Source of the DNA: Candidatus Uhrbacteria bacterium
GTDB taxonomy: Bacteria > Patescibacteriota > Patescibacteriia > JACQSD01
Length of the DNA stretch: 51,529 nucleotides
Assembly: GCA_016206165.1 (NCBI GenBank)
Contig: JACQSD010000018.1
Location: forward strand, 1-51,529
Direction of reading: 5' to 3'
The notes beneath the pieces are model-generated. The model had not been told where the DNA came from. It made no database searches and saw nothing but the letters and a program-made list of their open reading frames with translations. A program made the position numbers and the translations under genes. This document shows, piece by piece, positions 18,389 to 27,295 of this stretch. Numbering within the stretch: the stretch's first letter is position 1; the number at the start of each line of letters is the position of its first letter.

Positions 18389-20959
18389 ATGAACGCCTAC
18401 GATCCAAAGCGGAAGGCGGATGCTGAAGTTCTTGCATCCGAGCCAATAGTGCAACGTCCGTTTACGAAGGAAGAAATTTATCGCGATGGTCGCGCGCTCG
18501 GGTTTACCGAGAATGCAATTCGTGTCATTGAAAAGCGGTATCTTACGCGCGATGAAGAAGGGCAGATCGTCGAAACGCCAAAAGGAATGTTTCGTCGGAT
18601 CGCACGTGCACTTGCGGCGGTCGAGGGGAAGTACGGGGCAAATGAGGCGCAAGTAAAATTTTGGGAGGAACAATTTTATACTGTCCTTTCGCATTTTGAA
18701 TTTACTCCCGCAGGCCGCACCATTACGAATGCGGGTGGGCCAACGCGCGTTGTTGCGAACTGCATCGTGCTCCACGCGGAAGATTCGATGGATGGCATTT
18801 TTGGGACGCTGCGCGATGCAACACTCCTCCAGCAAGCAGGATCTGGCCTTGGGTTTCCGTGGCACCTCCTCCGCCCTGCAGGAACGATTGCAGTGAAGTC
18901 ACGCGGAGTTGCTTCAGGCCCTGTTCCATTTTTACGTTCCTATGACGCAGCATTTGGCGTGGTGAAACAACAAGGGCGGCACGGTGCGAACATGGGGGTC
19001 ATGCGTGTCGACCATCCAGATATCCTCGAATTTATTGATTGCAAACGAAAAGAAGGGGATATCGTCAATTTTAACATTTCCGTTGGGCTCACCGATGCAT
19101 TTATGACCGCGGTGAAGGCAAATGATCTGTCGCCCTGGCTCTGCGAATGGAAAGGGAAGAAGATGAAGCCACATACGATCACGCGGAATAATCGCGGCGC
19201 ATACAAATCACATGAAGATGTGACGCTTACTGCGCGCGAACTCATGGATCGGATTGTTGATGCAGCGTGGACGAATGGAGAGCCGGGGATTCTTTTCCCT
19301 GATGCGGCGAATCGATCAAACCCAGTGCCGGCTTTGGGGCGCCTTGAAGCAACGAATCCATGTGGCGAGCAATGGTTGCACGATTCAGACGTCTGCAATT
19401 TAGGATCCGTGAATCTTGCGCGGTTTGTGAAAGATGGTCATATCGACGAAGATCGGCTTCGCGTTGCATCGCGGATCGCGACACGCATGCTCGATAACGT
19501 CATTGATATTTCTGATTTTCCTGTGGAGCGTGTGAACAAGCGATTCCGCGACAATCGTCGGATTGGGCTCGGGATCATGGGGTTTGCCGACATGCTCTAT
19601 CAGCTTGGCATTCCGTATAATTCCGAAGAGGGCTTCATGACTGCGGAGCGAGTGATGAAGATTGTGAATGACGCCGCACATCAGGAGTCGCAAGATTCTG
19701 CAGAACAAAAGGGTGTGTTTCCAAATTGGGAGATTAGTATTTTTGGGCCGAAAGGACAGAATCGAAAACAACGGAACGCGGCCTTAACGACGGTCGCTCC
19801 CACAGGATCACTCTCCATGTTCTTTGACTGTGCATCAGGGGTTGAGCCCTTCTTTGCACTCGCCTACTATAAAGAGGTTATGGGGGGCGATCAACTTCCG
19901 TATTTTAATTCGTATCTCGAGGCGGAACTCCGGAAGCGCGGTTTCTATTCTGACGAATTACTGCAAGACGTGTTGAAGACAGGGACGATTCAACATCGCG
20001 CGGATCTTCCAGAGGATCTCCGTCGCACATTCGTGACGGCTATGGATATTTCGGCAGAAGATCATATTCGGATGCAGGCAGCATTTCAGAAATATGTCGA
20101 CAATTCCATTTCGAAGACTATTAATTTCAAGAATAGCGCGACGAAAGAGGATGTACTCCGTGGATACATTCTCATGTGGGAGCTGGGGTGCAAAGGGGGC
20201 ACGGTGTATCGCGATGGATCACGGAATGAGCAAGTGCTTAATTTGAATTCAAAGAAATCCGGCGAAGCCGGACGCGGCTCCGCCGGGGGCGAAAAAGTTG
20301 CAGTCGCAGCAGCACCTGTCGCCGCGGTTGTACCAGAGGCCCCATCGCAGGCAGCAGTCGCTCCGGCGTATGTGGGGGCATCAGGGTTGACTCCGCGCCC
20401 GCGTCCAGATGTCACCCACGGATCAACGTATAAGACGAAGACGGGCTATGGGAATTTGTATGTGACGATTAATGATGATGCGGAGGGGAAGCCATTTGAG
20501 GTATTTGCAACGATTGGAAAAACAGGTGGAGTTTTCGCAGCAAAGTCCGAAGCGATTTGCCGGCTTGTGTCGATTGCGCTCCGGTCTGGCCTTGATCCTA
20601 TCGAGCTTGTGAAAGAATTGAAAGGGATCCGGGGCCCCATGCCTGTCTGGGGGAAGAATGGAATGGTGCTCTCGATTCCTGATGCGATTGCGCAGGTCAT
20701 GGAGGAGCACGTGAAACGCGATCAGCAGCAGTTGGCGTTTTATGCAAAACCAGAAGGAGCAGCACCGGTCGCAGTGAACGCAGCGGTTGCGTTAGCGGCA
20801 ACAACGACAGCTCCCGCGTCTGCGGCAGTGATGAACACCGCGCCGACATCCATTGCCGATCTTGGGTTTGCGCCCCAGTGTCCCGATTGTTCTGGAATTC
20901 TCGAAATGAGTGAGGGGTGCATGAAATGCCGCTCCTGTGGGTTTTCTAAGTGTGGATAG
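18389..20959 (+). CDS. nrdJ: Adenosylcobalamin-dependent (class II) ribonucleotide reductase with C-terminal TSCPD/Zn-ribbon region
   Basis: KRYL, ANC, TNPCGEQ, APTGS, ISKTIN, YRDGSR; C-terminal CPDC..EGCMKCRSCGFSKC; no nrdB nearby. Confidence 0.93.
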   Translation: MNAYDPKRKADAEVLASEPIVQRPFTKEEIYRDGRALGFTENAIRVIEKRYLTRDEEGQIVETPKGMFRRIARALAAVEGKYGANEAQVKFWEEQFYTVLSHFEFTPAGRTITNAGGPTRVVANCIVLHAEDSMDGIFGTLRDATLLQQAGSGLGFPWHLLRPAGTIAVKSRGVASGPVPFLRSYDAAFGVVKQQGRHGANMGVMRVDHPDILEFIDCKRKEGDIVNFNISVGLTDAFMTAVKANDLSPWLCEWKGKKMKPHTITRNNRGAYKSHEDVTLTARELMDRIVDAAWTNGEPGILFPDAANRSNPVPALGRLEATNPCGEQWLHDSDVCNLGSVNLARFVKDGHIDEDRLRVASRIATRMLDNVIDISDFPVERVNKRFRDNRRIGLGIMGFADMLYQLGIPYNSEEGFMTAERVMKIVNDAAHQESQDSAEQKGVFPNWEISIFGPKGQNRKQRNAALTTVAPTGSLSMFFDCASGVEPFFALAYYKEVMGGDQLPYFNSYLEAELRKRGFYSDELLQDVLKTGTIQHRADLPEDLRRTFVTAMDISAEDHIRMQAAFQKYVDNSISKTINFKNSATKEDVLRGYILMWELGCKGGTVYRDGSRNEQVLNLNSKKSGEAGRGSAGGEKVAVAAAPVAAVVPEAPSQAAVAPAYVGASGLTPRPRPDVTHGSTYKTKTGYGNLYVTINDDAEGKPFEVFATIGKTGGVFAAKSEAICRLVSIALRSGLDPIELVKELKGIRGPMPVWGKNGMVLSIPDAIAQVMEEHVKRDQQQLAFYAKPEGAAPVAVNAAVALAATTTAPASAAVMNTAPTSIADLGFAPQCPDCSGILEMSEGCMKCRSCGFSKCG

Positions 20960-21011
20960 TGTTCCTCGTTATTGTTCGAGCCCGGTCGAGAACCTACCAT
21001 GAGCAACAAAG

Positions 21012-21042
21012 AGACCTCGGCATGCGCGCCGGGGTTTTGTTT
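21012..21042 (+). terminator. Intrinsic terminator after nrdJ
   Basis: GACCTCGGC-ATGCGC-GCCGGGGTT followed by a T-rich run. Confidence 0.5.
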
Positions 21043-21075
21043 CCCTCTCCTTGTAGGAGAGGGTTAGGGTGAGGT
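21043..21075. repeat. 33-bp BoxC-like repeat, copy 1
   Basis: CCCTCTCCTTGTAGGAGAGGGTTAGGGTGAGGT; supplies the stop codon of the 21064-21462 ORF. Confidence 0.85.
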
Positions 21076-21462
21076 CTTGGTAAGCTCTTTTAATACCTCC
21101 TCAATCGTCTCCCGTCTCCGGACATGTGATGCGAAAAACCACGGTGATTTTGTATTCCATTCGCCGACTACGTAGACAATCGGCTTCCCAGTCATGAAAC
21201 ATCGGAGTGACGCAGCGCCAAATTCCATGGGGAGTGTCGTGCCATGTTCATCTGAGATAAAAATGAGAACGTCACACGCGGCAATGCCGGCAAGTTCATT
21301 TTCTGCATATTTTTGCGCTATGTCTTCGTGCTCGACGTAAGGCTCAATAAATTTGTGTGTTGTCCAGTCGTATGTGATTTCATGCCCGAGGGCACGAATT
21401 TGCGCATACATCGCACGAACCATATCCTTCTTTTCAAATTTTGCAGCGACGTAAATACGCAT
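21064..21462 (-). CDS. Nucleoside 2-deoxyribosyltransferase-like protein
   Basis: MRIYVA..GHEITYDWT..CDVLI..MEFGAA..KPIVYVVG pattern. Confidence 0.55.
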   Translation of the reverse strand: MRIYVAAKFEKKDMVRAMYAQIRALGHEITYDWTTHKFIEPYVEHEDIAQKYAENELAGIAACDVLIFISDEHGTTLPMEFGAASLRCFMTGKPIVYVVGEWNTKSPWFFASHVRRRETIEEVLKELTKTSP

Positions 21463-21529
21463 AGTTGATTAGTCTATCGCATGACACTTGTTTTTGCAAA
21501 GTCTACATAAGCGTGTATGATAGAAATAT

Positions 21530-21787
21530 ATGCATGCATTTGAACATCCGAATGAAGAATCAATCGAAGCGCGGCGCGAGCGGCTTATGCCCATACTTCG
21601 CGAATCGTTTGAGGGGAATCTTCCACTACGTGTGACGCGGAAGAAGGGCGAGGGTGAAGAAACAATCGATGACCTCGTCGTTTGTGGCGTGAATGAAGAC
21701 GGGCCAGAATTTTGTATACTTGAAGCAGATGGGCTGCCAGGCCCGAGCGCAACAATGCTTTGGAGCGAGATTATTGATGTACAATAA
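21530..21787 (+). CDS. Hypothetical protein
   Basis: 85-aa acidic ORF filling the gap between divergent genes. Confidence 0.5.
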   Translation: MHAFEHPNEESIEARRERLMPILRESFEGNLPLRVTRKKGEGEETIDDLVVCGVNEDGPEFCILEADGLPGPSATMLWSEIIDVQ

Positions 21788-21844
21788 TTTTTTCTGCGTT
21801 CGTCCGCGTTTGCGCAAGCGTGACGTTCCGCGTTATTCTGCGAT

Positions 21845-22456
21845 ATGGGACAACAATGGAAACAATCGAAGGGGTTGACAATCATCTATGTCGGTGATGG
21901 GAAGGGGAAGACGACAGCGGCGGTGGGGATGATTGTGCGTGCACTCGGTCATGGCTGGCGCGTTGCGTTTTTGCAATTCATGAAAGAAGAAAAATGGCCC
22001 TCCGGCGAACGCGACTTTCTACGCTCGCTCTCTAAAAAAACTTCCCCTCTCCTTTTAGGAGAGGGCGAGGGTGAGGTCCAGGTGAGGTCTCAGGGCGAGG
22101 TTCTCGTTGAGGTCGTCGGCCAAGGCTTTGTCGGTATCATGGGCGACAAGAAAGAGCGCGACATCCATCGCGCTGCCGCAGAAGCGGGATACAAGAAGAC
22201 GCTCGATCTCCTCACATCGAAACAATATGACCTTGTGGTGCTCGATGAAATCCTTTCTGCTGTTGATGAGGGGTTATTGACCGAGGATCAGATCCTTGTG
22301 CTCATTGCATACAAACCAGAAGACACCACTCTCGTGATGACCGGCCACAAGCACTACTCAAAGATTTTTGAAAAAGCCGACCTCGTGACCGAAATGAAAA
22401 AATTGAAGCACCCCTTTGATTCCGGCTACATCGCCAAGAAGGGGGTTGACTTTTAG
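21845..22456 (+). CDS. cobO: Cob(I)alamin adenosyltransferase (CobA/CobO/BtuR family)
   Basis: YVGDGKGKTTAAVG..RALGHG..QFMK, YDLVVLDEI, LVMTG, ADLVTEMKKLKHPF..G..A..G.D. Confidence 0.93.
   Translation: MGQQWKQSKGLTIIYVGDGKGKTTAAVGMIVRALGHGWRVAFLQFMKEEKWPSGERDFLRSLSKKTSPLLLGEGEGEVQVRSQGEVLVEVVGQGFVGIMGDKKERDIHRAAAEAGYKKTLDLLTSKQYDLVVLDEILSAVDEGLLTEDQILVLIAYKPEDTTLVMTGHKHYSKIFEKADLVTEMKKLKHPFDSGYIAKKGVDF
22045..22077. repeat. 33-bp BoxC-like repeat, copy 2, in frame inside cobO
   Basis: CCCTCTCCTTTTAGGAGAGGGCGAGGGTGAGGT, translated as PLLLGEGEGEV. Confidence 0.85.
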
Positions 22457-22546
22457 TGCGGTTTCGGCTATACTCTTTTGAGTCGTCCAATGGAGAGACG
22501 GCGAAGGACAATCCTTAGGATACATAGAGATCGATTGGGGGATTCG

Positions 22547-22918
22547 ATGAACGACCCATGGTTTATTTATGTAGAACAGTGGGGAGCCTGGAAGGACAAT
22601 GCGAGGTCATGGTTATTGCAGCGAACCAAGATAACCATGAGTGGTGGGCGTGTAGTTCGTATTGATTTCGACCAGGACGCGGAGAACATCTACATTGGAT
22701 CATGTCAGCGCCGTGAAGACGGCAGCATCAGCTGCGCCGTGTGCCACCCAGTAACACGAGACAGCAAGATCGTCGAGGGGGAGACGATTGACGACGTGCT
22801 CCCGGCGGATCTTCAGCCGAAGTTTCGTATTCCAATCCGAGAGCTTTTTAGGCGCTCTGATCATACCGCGGACACATGCAGGTGGCTTTTTCCAACAGCC
22901 GAGATCGTCGTCGTGTAG
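22547..22918 (+). CDS. Hypothetical protein
   Basis: ORF with GGGGA SD before MNDPWF; followed by a terminator. Confidence 0.5.
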   Translation: MNDPWFIYVEQWGAWKDNARSWLLQRTKITMSGGRVVRIDFDQDAENIYIGSCQRREDGSISCAVCHPVTRDSKIVEGETIDDVLPADLQPKFRIPIRELFRRSDHTADTCRWLFPTAEIVVV

Positions 22919-22946
22919 CATCCGGTGCGATCACGATTTTCCGAAG

Positions 22947-22990
22947 CGACCCAGGGTGAACATACCCCTGGGTCGTATTCTTTTTTATTT
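22947..22990 (+). terminator. Intrinsic terminator
   Basis: CGACCCAGGG...CCCTGGGTCG followed by TATTCTTTTTT. Confidence 0.7.
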
Positions 22991-23040
22991 CCAGATTATT
23001 GAATTCTCATAGATTTTGGACGCGTGTTGAATAAAAACAC

Positions 23041-23078
23041 AAATCCACTTTATGTCCGGTCGGACATAAAGTGGATTT
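23041..23078. promoter_or_regulatory. Perfect palindrome (18-bp arms) with core ATGTCCG-GT-CGGACAT, copy 1; candidate operator or element end
   Basis: AAATCCACTTTATGTCCG-GT-CGGACATAAAGTGGATTT; other copies at 36411 and 37069. Confidence 0.65.
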
Positions 23079-23122
23079 TATTGTTTGTGTCTATGTTGAT
23101 AGTTTTGTTTGACACCGAGAGT

Positions 23123-23152
23123 TTGACATCAAGCACGGCTTTGGTGTAGATT
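23123..23152 (+). promoter_or_regulatory. Putative promoter of the tRNA-like cluster
   Basis: TTGACA-18nt-TAGATT, about 17 nt before the first element. Confidence 0.5.
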
Positions 23153-23168
23153 CTTTTTGTATAGGAAT

Positions 23169-23260
23169 TAGGGGGTAGCTTAGTGGTAAAGCATGGGAGG
23201 AAATCATGTAGTGCATGCGGGTTCTCCCACAGCGCAGGTTCGATTCCTGCCCCCCTTCCA
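23169..23260 (+). ncRNA. tRNA-like RNA with an enlarged anticodon arm
   Basis: AGGGGG/CCCCCT acceptor then TCCA; D arm GCTT-AGTGGTA-AAGC; T arm GCAGG-TTCGATT-CCTGC; the TGGGAG/CTCCCA stem closes 24 nt. Confidence 0.7.
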
Positions 23261-23267
23261 AGTACTA

Positions 23268-23342
23268 GTGGTGGTAGCTCAACGGTAGAGCACGCGGCTT
23301 TTCGCCGTGTCGTAGGGCGTTCGACTCGCCTCAACCACTCCA
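23268..23342 (+). tRNA. Atypical tRNA with anticodon TTT (Lys-like; possibly pseudo)
   Basis: GTGGTGG/CAACCAC acceptor (one mismatch), U73-CCA, CGCGG-CTTTTCG-CCGTG, T loop TTCGACT. Confidence 0.7.
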
Positions 23343-23349
23343 ATACACT

Positions 23350-23423
23350 CCTCCCATAGCTCAGAGTGTTGAGCGCTCGCCTCTTAAGCGAGAGGACGCT
23401 GGAGTGACTTCCAGCTGGGAGGA
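23350..23423 (+). tRNA. Atypical tRNA-Lys(CTT) with degenerate D and T loops and no encoded CCA
   Basis: CCTCCCA/TGGGAGG, GCTC/GAGC, CTCGC-CTCTTAA-GCGAG, GCTGG-AGTGACTT-CCAGC. Confidence 0.7.
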
Positions 23424-23436
23424 GACAATTTGTCGG

Positions 23437-23472
23437 CGGCGCACTTTGGGGGGTGCGCCGTTTTTCTTTTTT
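23437..23472 (+). terminator. Intrinsic terminator closing the tRNA-like cluster
   Basis: CGGCGCAC-8nt-GTGCGCCG followed by TTTTTCTTTTTT. Confidence 0.8.
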
Positions 23473-23492
23473 TGCTACAATGTACAGTGCCT

Positions 23493-24362
23493 ATGAAACG
23501 ATTCATTTTATTTTCTACGCTCGTTGGAGTTTTCTTTATTGCACTATTTTTTTATTGGTCGAGCGTTGTGTCGAACGCTCGCGCGCGTGGGCGGTCACTC
23601 CCCCTCATCGTTCATGCGGGTGGGGGTGTTCGCGGAAACATTTATACGAGCAGCCGCGAAGCACTTGATGCAAATTATGCGGCGGGGTATCGGTTATTTG
23701 AACTCGATTTTTCTTGGACGAGCGATCGTCAACTCGTCCTCATCCATGATTGGGAAGGAACATATGAAAAATATTTCGGGATGCAAGGCGAGCGGCCGAC
23801 ACGCGACCAATTTTTGGCGCTCTCCATGAAGGATAACCTCACTCAACTCTCTCTCGAACAATTGTTCGAGTGGTTAGCGGCGCATCCTGATGCGCGTGTC
23901 GTGACGGATGTTAAAGAAGATACTATTGCCGCGCTCACATACATTCAGGAACGCGATCCTAAGTTTGCGCAACATTTTATTCCACAGATTTACGATCCAG
24001 AAGAATATACTGCGGTTCGCGCGCTTGGATATGTGGACATTATTTTTACATTATATCGGTTGACCATCGATCGCTACGTGACTGCGTTGCGCATCTTCTT
24101 TTTTGCAGGGACGCATGATTTATATGCCGTGACGATGCCAGTGGAGCGTGCGTTGCATGGATCATTCGCATCGCTCATGCAATGGACAGGAAAGATCGTC
24201 TATGTGCATACCGTGAATGAAAAAGAAGAATATCAAATCCTACAGCAACGCGGCATCGGCATCTATACTGACTGGATTATTCCGAGCGCTTCTTCCACAG
24301 ACGCCCTTCCTCAAGCATCGTCCGCTTCCATTGATACAACTCATTCAGGTCGCACATGGTGA
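23493..24362 (+). CDS. Glycerophosphodiester phosphodiesterase family protein (membrane-anchored)
   Basis: IVHAGG..YTSS.EAL, FELDFSWTSD..LVLIHDW, VTDVK, VYVHTVN, GIYTD. Confidence 0.8.
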   Translation: MKRFILFSTLVGVFFIALFFYWSSVVSNARARGRSLPLIVHAGGGVRGNIYTSSREALDANYAAGYRLFELDFSWTSDRQLVLIHDWEGTYEKYFGMQGERPTRDQFLALSMKDNLTQLSLEQLFEWLAAHPDARVVTDVKEDTIAALTYIQERDPKFAQHFIPQIYDPEEYTAVRALGYVDIIFTLYRLTIDRYVTALRIFFFAGTHDLYAVTMPVERALHGSFASLMQWTGKIVYVHTVNEKEEYQILQQRGIGIYTDWIIPSASSTDALPQASSASIDTTHSGRTW

Positions 24363-26541
24363 GCAGTGCGGTGGTATCGGGAACGTACTCGCGTGGGCAT
24401 TGGAGTGCATGAAGAATTCCAGTCTCCACTCTTCTTTTACCACGAACGTCCTCCTGGTTGATATACAAGCCGAGTTCATGCATCCCCACGAGATTCGGGA
24501 ATTTCCTCCGGTCATCAAAGAGTGAATGCCCCTCAAACGTATTTGGTACATTCACGCCAAGGAGGTGGAGGAGCGTGGGGGTAAGATCAAGGCTCGACGC
24601 ATACATGTCTACTGCTCTTGGGAGCGGTGAATCGGGCACGTACATCATGAACATAATTTCGTCATAGATATCGAGCGTCCTTGTATCTTCTGGGAATAAG
24701 GCTTTTACGGATACGGTCGGGAATACGGCATGGTCAGCAATCGCAACGACGATCGTGTTTGCTGCGAGTGGGCTTTTTTGGAAATCATCCCAAAATTGCG
24801 AGAAGGCATCGTCCGTCGAGTGAAAGGAATTCAAGACGTCATTTTTTCCATGCCCGTAACTTTTTCTATCTTTCGAAATGGTAAATGGTGGATGCGAATC
24901 GATCGTTGTCATGATACCAAGGAATGGGCGAGCCGTTTGTTGTTCCATCATGGGGATGAGGAGTGGGAACAGTTGATGATCGGAGTATCCCCACGAGAGC
25001 GGTTTTTCCGGAATCACGTTTTTAAGTTGTTCGCGTCCGTAGATTGTATCGACACCAGCGTTCCCGAATAATTTATCCTTCGATGCATACGTGCGTTCAA
25101 TAGCGGTCATGTAGAATGTATCGCCATAGCCATTTTTTTTCAAAATCTCTGGGAGGCAAAGCAATTGATGTCGCGTCAACGAACCATTGCTTATAATTTC
25201 TCCATGCCCGGTTGGCGGGAGAAACGAACAGAGATCCGCGAGCATGCCTGTTTCTGTGGGCGTTGAGGCGTTGTAGAATTTTTTAAACACGGTTGTGTTT
25301 TCGTTTCCCGCCATTTTTTCAAGCCCCGGCGTTAACCCCGGAAATCGTTGATTGTAGACGCTCGTCAATCGTGTCGAGAATGATTCAAAAAAAAGGATGA
25401 GAATGTTTGGAGGTGTCGTTGCGAATCGTTGTGCGAGTTTTGGTGCGAGCGATTTCTCATCGTACACGCGTTCATGCGTGGATACGAGGAATGCATTCGG
25501 TGTATACGTGAGGCCAAATTTTTTCAGTTTTTCTGCAAGGATGGGGTTCAATGTTTTTACGTACGATTTCCCGAAATAGTACTCGATAAAGGAACGCGCG
25601 ATGATTGCTTCGCCTGTATTCCGGAGGATCGAGGATCCAAAAAAGATGCCGATGCCGAGCATGAGAACCACCCCCTCCACGATGATCCATCCGCGCGCGG
25701 ATGTGGTTGCACGGATCGTGCGAGCAAATTTCCATACAACGAATCCAACAATGCAGGTAATTGCGAGAAAGAGCAGCATGGTCACGATGAGCTCGTTGCC
25801 TTGTACGACTTCATCGGCGCCAGCAAGATGCTCGAGTGCCGACGGTCCGATGTGGCGCCCGGAATAGTAAAGGACGCTGACGTTCACGAGCCAGACAAAA
25901 GAAACAAAGAGGGACGCAATGAACCAGAGGAACATTCCTCCCATGCGGATGATTCGTGGTAAATAGCGGAGCAATAGACTCGCAAGTGCTGCACCCGCCA
26001 TCCAGAGCAATGTTATCGCGAATGTACGAAAGACAACGATGGTGTAGATTTTTTCATAGCGCGCATCAATGAGTGAATAGCGGAATCCAAAATATTGGAA
26101 GACGCCGATGATTACGAAAACGGTAATGAATAAGAGGAACGAAGCATCAATCATTTGTATCAATGTCGCTGTGTGTGGAGATGATGCAAGGAGTCGTCGT
26201 ACGAAAATGAAGAGCGCCATCATCAGGATTACCACGAGAACAATTTGTGCGAGTTGATCGCGAATAACGAGTATTGGCGCGAGCAATGATCCAAGAAGCA
26301 GGAAGCGCGCGGCGAATGTGATCGAGAGCGTGCGTGTGGTATCGAGGAATTTTTTCATGATCGACGCAAGAGCGAAGACAGCGATCGTGCTGGCAACAAG
26401 TGCGATGAGTCCCGTGACACCTCCCCACAACGCAAACGATTGCAGAGGAAAATGTGGGATACGGACAAATGACCACGATGCACTCATGAGCGCTGTTGCA
26501 ACGACAATAGCAATGATCGATTTTTTTTCAAAATAATGCAT
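24277..26541 (-). CDS. LTA synthase / sulfatase (alkaline phosphatase superfamily) polytopic membrane protein
   Basis: Many N-terminal TMs, then PNILILFFES, TPTETG, GYSD, SHPPF, TIVVAIADH, DLTPTLL. Confidence 0.8.
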   Translation of the reverse strand: MHYFEKKSIIAIVVATALMSASWSFVRIPHFPLQSFALWGGVTGLIALVASTIAVFALASIMKKFLDTTRTLSITFAARFLLLGSLLAPILVIRDQLAQIVLVVILMMALFIFVRRLLASSPHTATLIQMIDASFLLFITVFVIIGVFQYFGFRYSLIDARYEKIYTIVVFRTFAITLLWMAGAALASLLLRYLPRIIRMGGMFLWFIASLFVSFVWLVNVSVLYYSGRHIGPSALEHLAGADEVVQGNELIVTMLLFLAITCIVGFVVWKFARTIRATTSARGWIIVEGVVLMLGIGIFFGSSILRNTGEAIIARSFIEYYFGKSYVKTLNPILAEKLKKFGLTYTPNAFLVSTHERVYDEKSLAPKLAQRFATTPPNILILFFESFSTRLTSVYNQRFPGLTPGLEKMAGNENTTVFKKFYNASTPTETGMLADLCSFLPPTGHGEIISNGSLTRHQLLCLPEILKKNGYGDTFYMTAIERTYASKDKLFGNAGVDTIYGREQLKNVIPEKPLSWGYSDHQLFPLLIPMMEQQTARPFLGIMTTIDSHPPFTISKDRKSYGHGKNDVLNSFHSTDDAFSQFWDDFQKSPLAANTIVVAIADHAVFPTVSVKALFPEDTRTLDIYDEIMFMMYVPDSPLPRAVDMYASSLDLTPTLLHLLGVNVPNTFEGHSLFDDRRKFPNLVGMHELGLYINQEDVRGKRRVETGILHALQCPREYVPDTTALLTMCDLNELYQWKRTMLEEGRLWKKRSE

Positions 26542-26563
26542 ATTTTTTTATAATAGCACAGAG

Positions 26564-26591
26564 TTGACGGCGATTGTAGGGTTGCTATACT
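26564..26591 (+). promoter_or_regulatory. Promoter upstream of the riboswitch
   Basis: TTGACG-16nt-TATACT with TG extended -10. Confidence 0.6.
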
Positions 26592-26619
26592 TGAGAAAGT
26601 TCCTTTCACTCATTCCATT

Positions 26620-26736
26620 CCGTGGGGGAAGGCTGTGAAAATCAGCCGCTGTCCCGCAACTGTAACCCGCCATGGGGTGGGGAGCCAGGATACCCACGGT
26701 GGAACTATCAATCGCTAACTCTTCGAGTGAAAGAGT
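26620..26736 (+). ncRNA. Cobalamin riboswitch (compact)
   Basis: CCGTGGG-GGAA-GGCTG-TGAAAAT-CAGCC-GCTGTCCCGCAACTGTAA...GAGCCAGGATA-CCCACGG (B12-box-like), then a P13-like hairpin ACTCTT..AAGAGT. Confidence 0.85.
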
Positions 26737-26768
26737 GAGTGCAGAGTTTTCAAAAAAATCTCATGTGC

Positions 26769-26803
26769 ATTCCCTCGTTCCCTCGAACGAGGGAATTTGA
26801 TTT
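26769..26803 (+). terminator. Terminator hairpin, likely the riboswitch expression platform
   Basis: ATTCCCTCGTTC-CCTC-GAACGAGGGAAT followed by TTGATTT. Confidence 0.55.
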
Positions 26804-26830
26804 CAACGAACAGCACACGTGGAGGAAATC

Positions 26831-27232
26831 ATGGATCTTGATATCGGTCGTCGGGAGTTTTTGCGATACGGCATCGGTCTCGCGATCACAACGATGTTCG
26901 TGGGGATCCTGCCGGGGTGCAGGGACATGCTCGACAAGCTCGAGAAGGACAAGAAAACCTATCCGGCAGGAACGCCCTTGGGTGAGCTTGTTCGGAAGGG
27001 CTATGTGGTGTCGAAGGTCGAGAAAGGCGACTGGCAGACGACGTGGAACACGACGTTCGGCGGCCCGAAAATCACTGCCATCAATGGCACGGTCGTCGCA
27101 ACGTTTGATGTGACCGATGTACATGGTTACGTCAATCCTACCGTTGGCGTTGGAGAATATCAGCTCGGCTCTTGGAGAAGCATGACTTGGTATGACTTCA
27201 ACTATCAGCGTGTCTTCACGGTCACGGCATGA
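26831..27232 (+). CDS. Hypothetical exported protein with twin-arginine-like signal and lipobox
   Basis: GGAGG SD; MDLDIGRREFL, hydrophobic stretch, ILPG-C. Confidence 0.6.
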   Translation: MDLDIGRREFLRYGIGLAITTMFVGILPGCRDMLDKLEKDKKTYPAGTPLGELVRKGYVVSKVEKGDWQTTWNTTFGGPKITAINGTVVATFDVTDVHGYVNPTVGVGEYQLGSWRSMTWYDFNYQRVFTVTA

Positions 27233-27295
27233 GGTCCGATTTTGTGGTGGGAGGTATGCGCAACGCGCAGCCTCCCACCACACAACACCTTTTCT

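Noticed and set aside
18389..20959. Intein or intron in nrdJ
   Set aside because: The frame is continuous and of normal length; the extra segments are Ala/Pro-rich linkers without splicing motifs.
23169..23260. tmRNA or tRNA-Sec identity for the first tRNA-like RNA
   Set aside because: Too short and no tag ORF for tmRNA; no UCA anticodon or long variable arm for tRNA-Sec.
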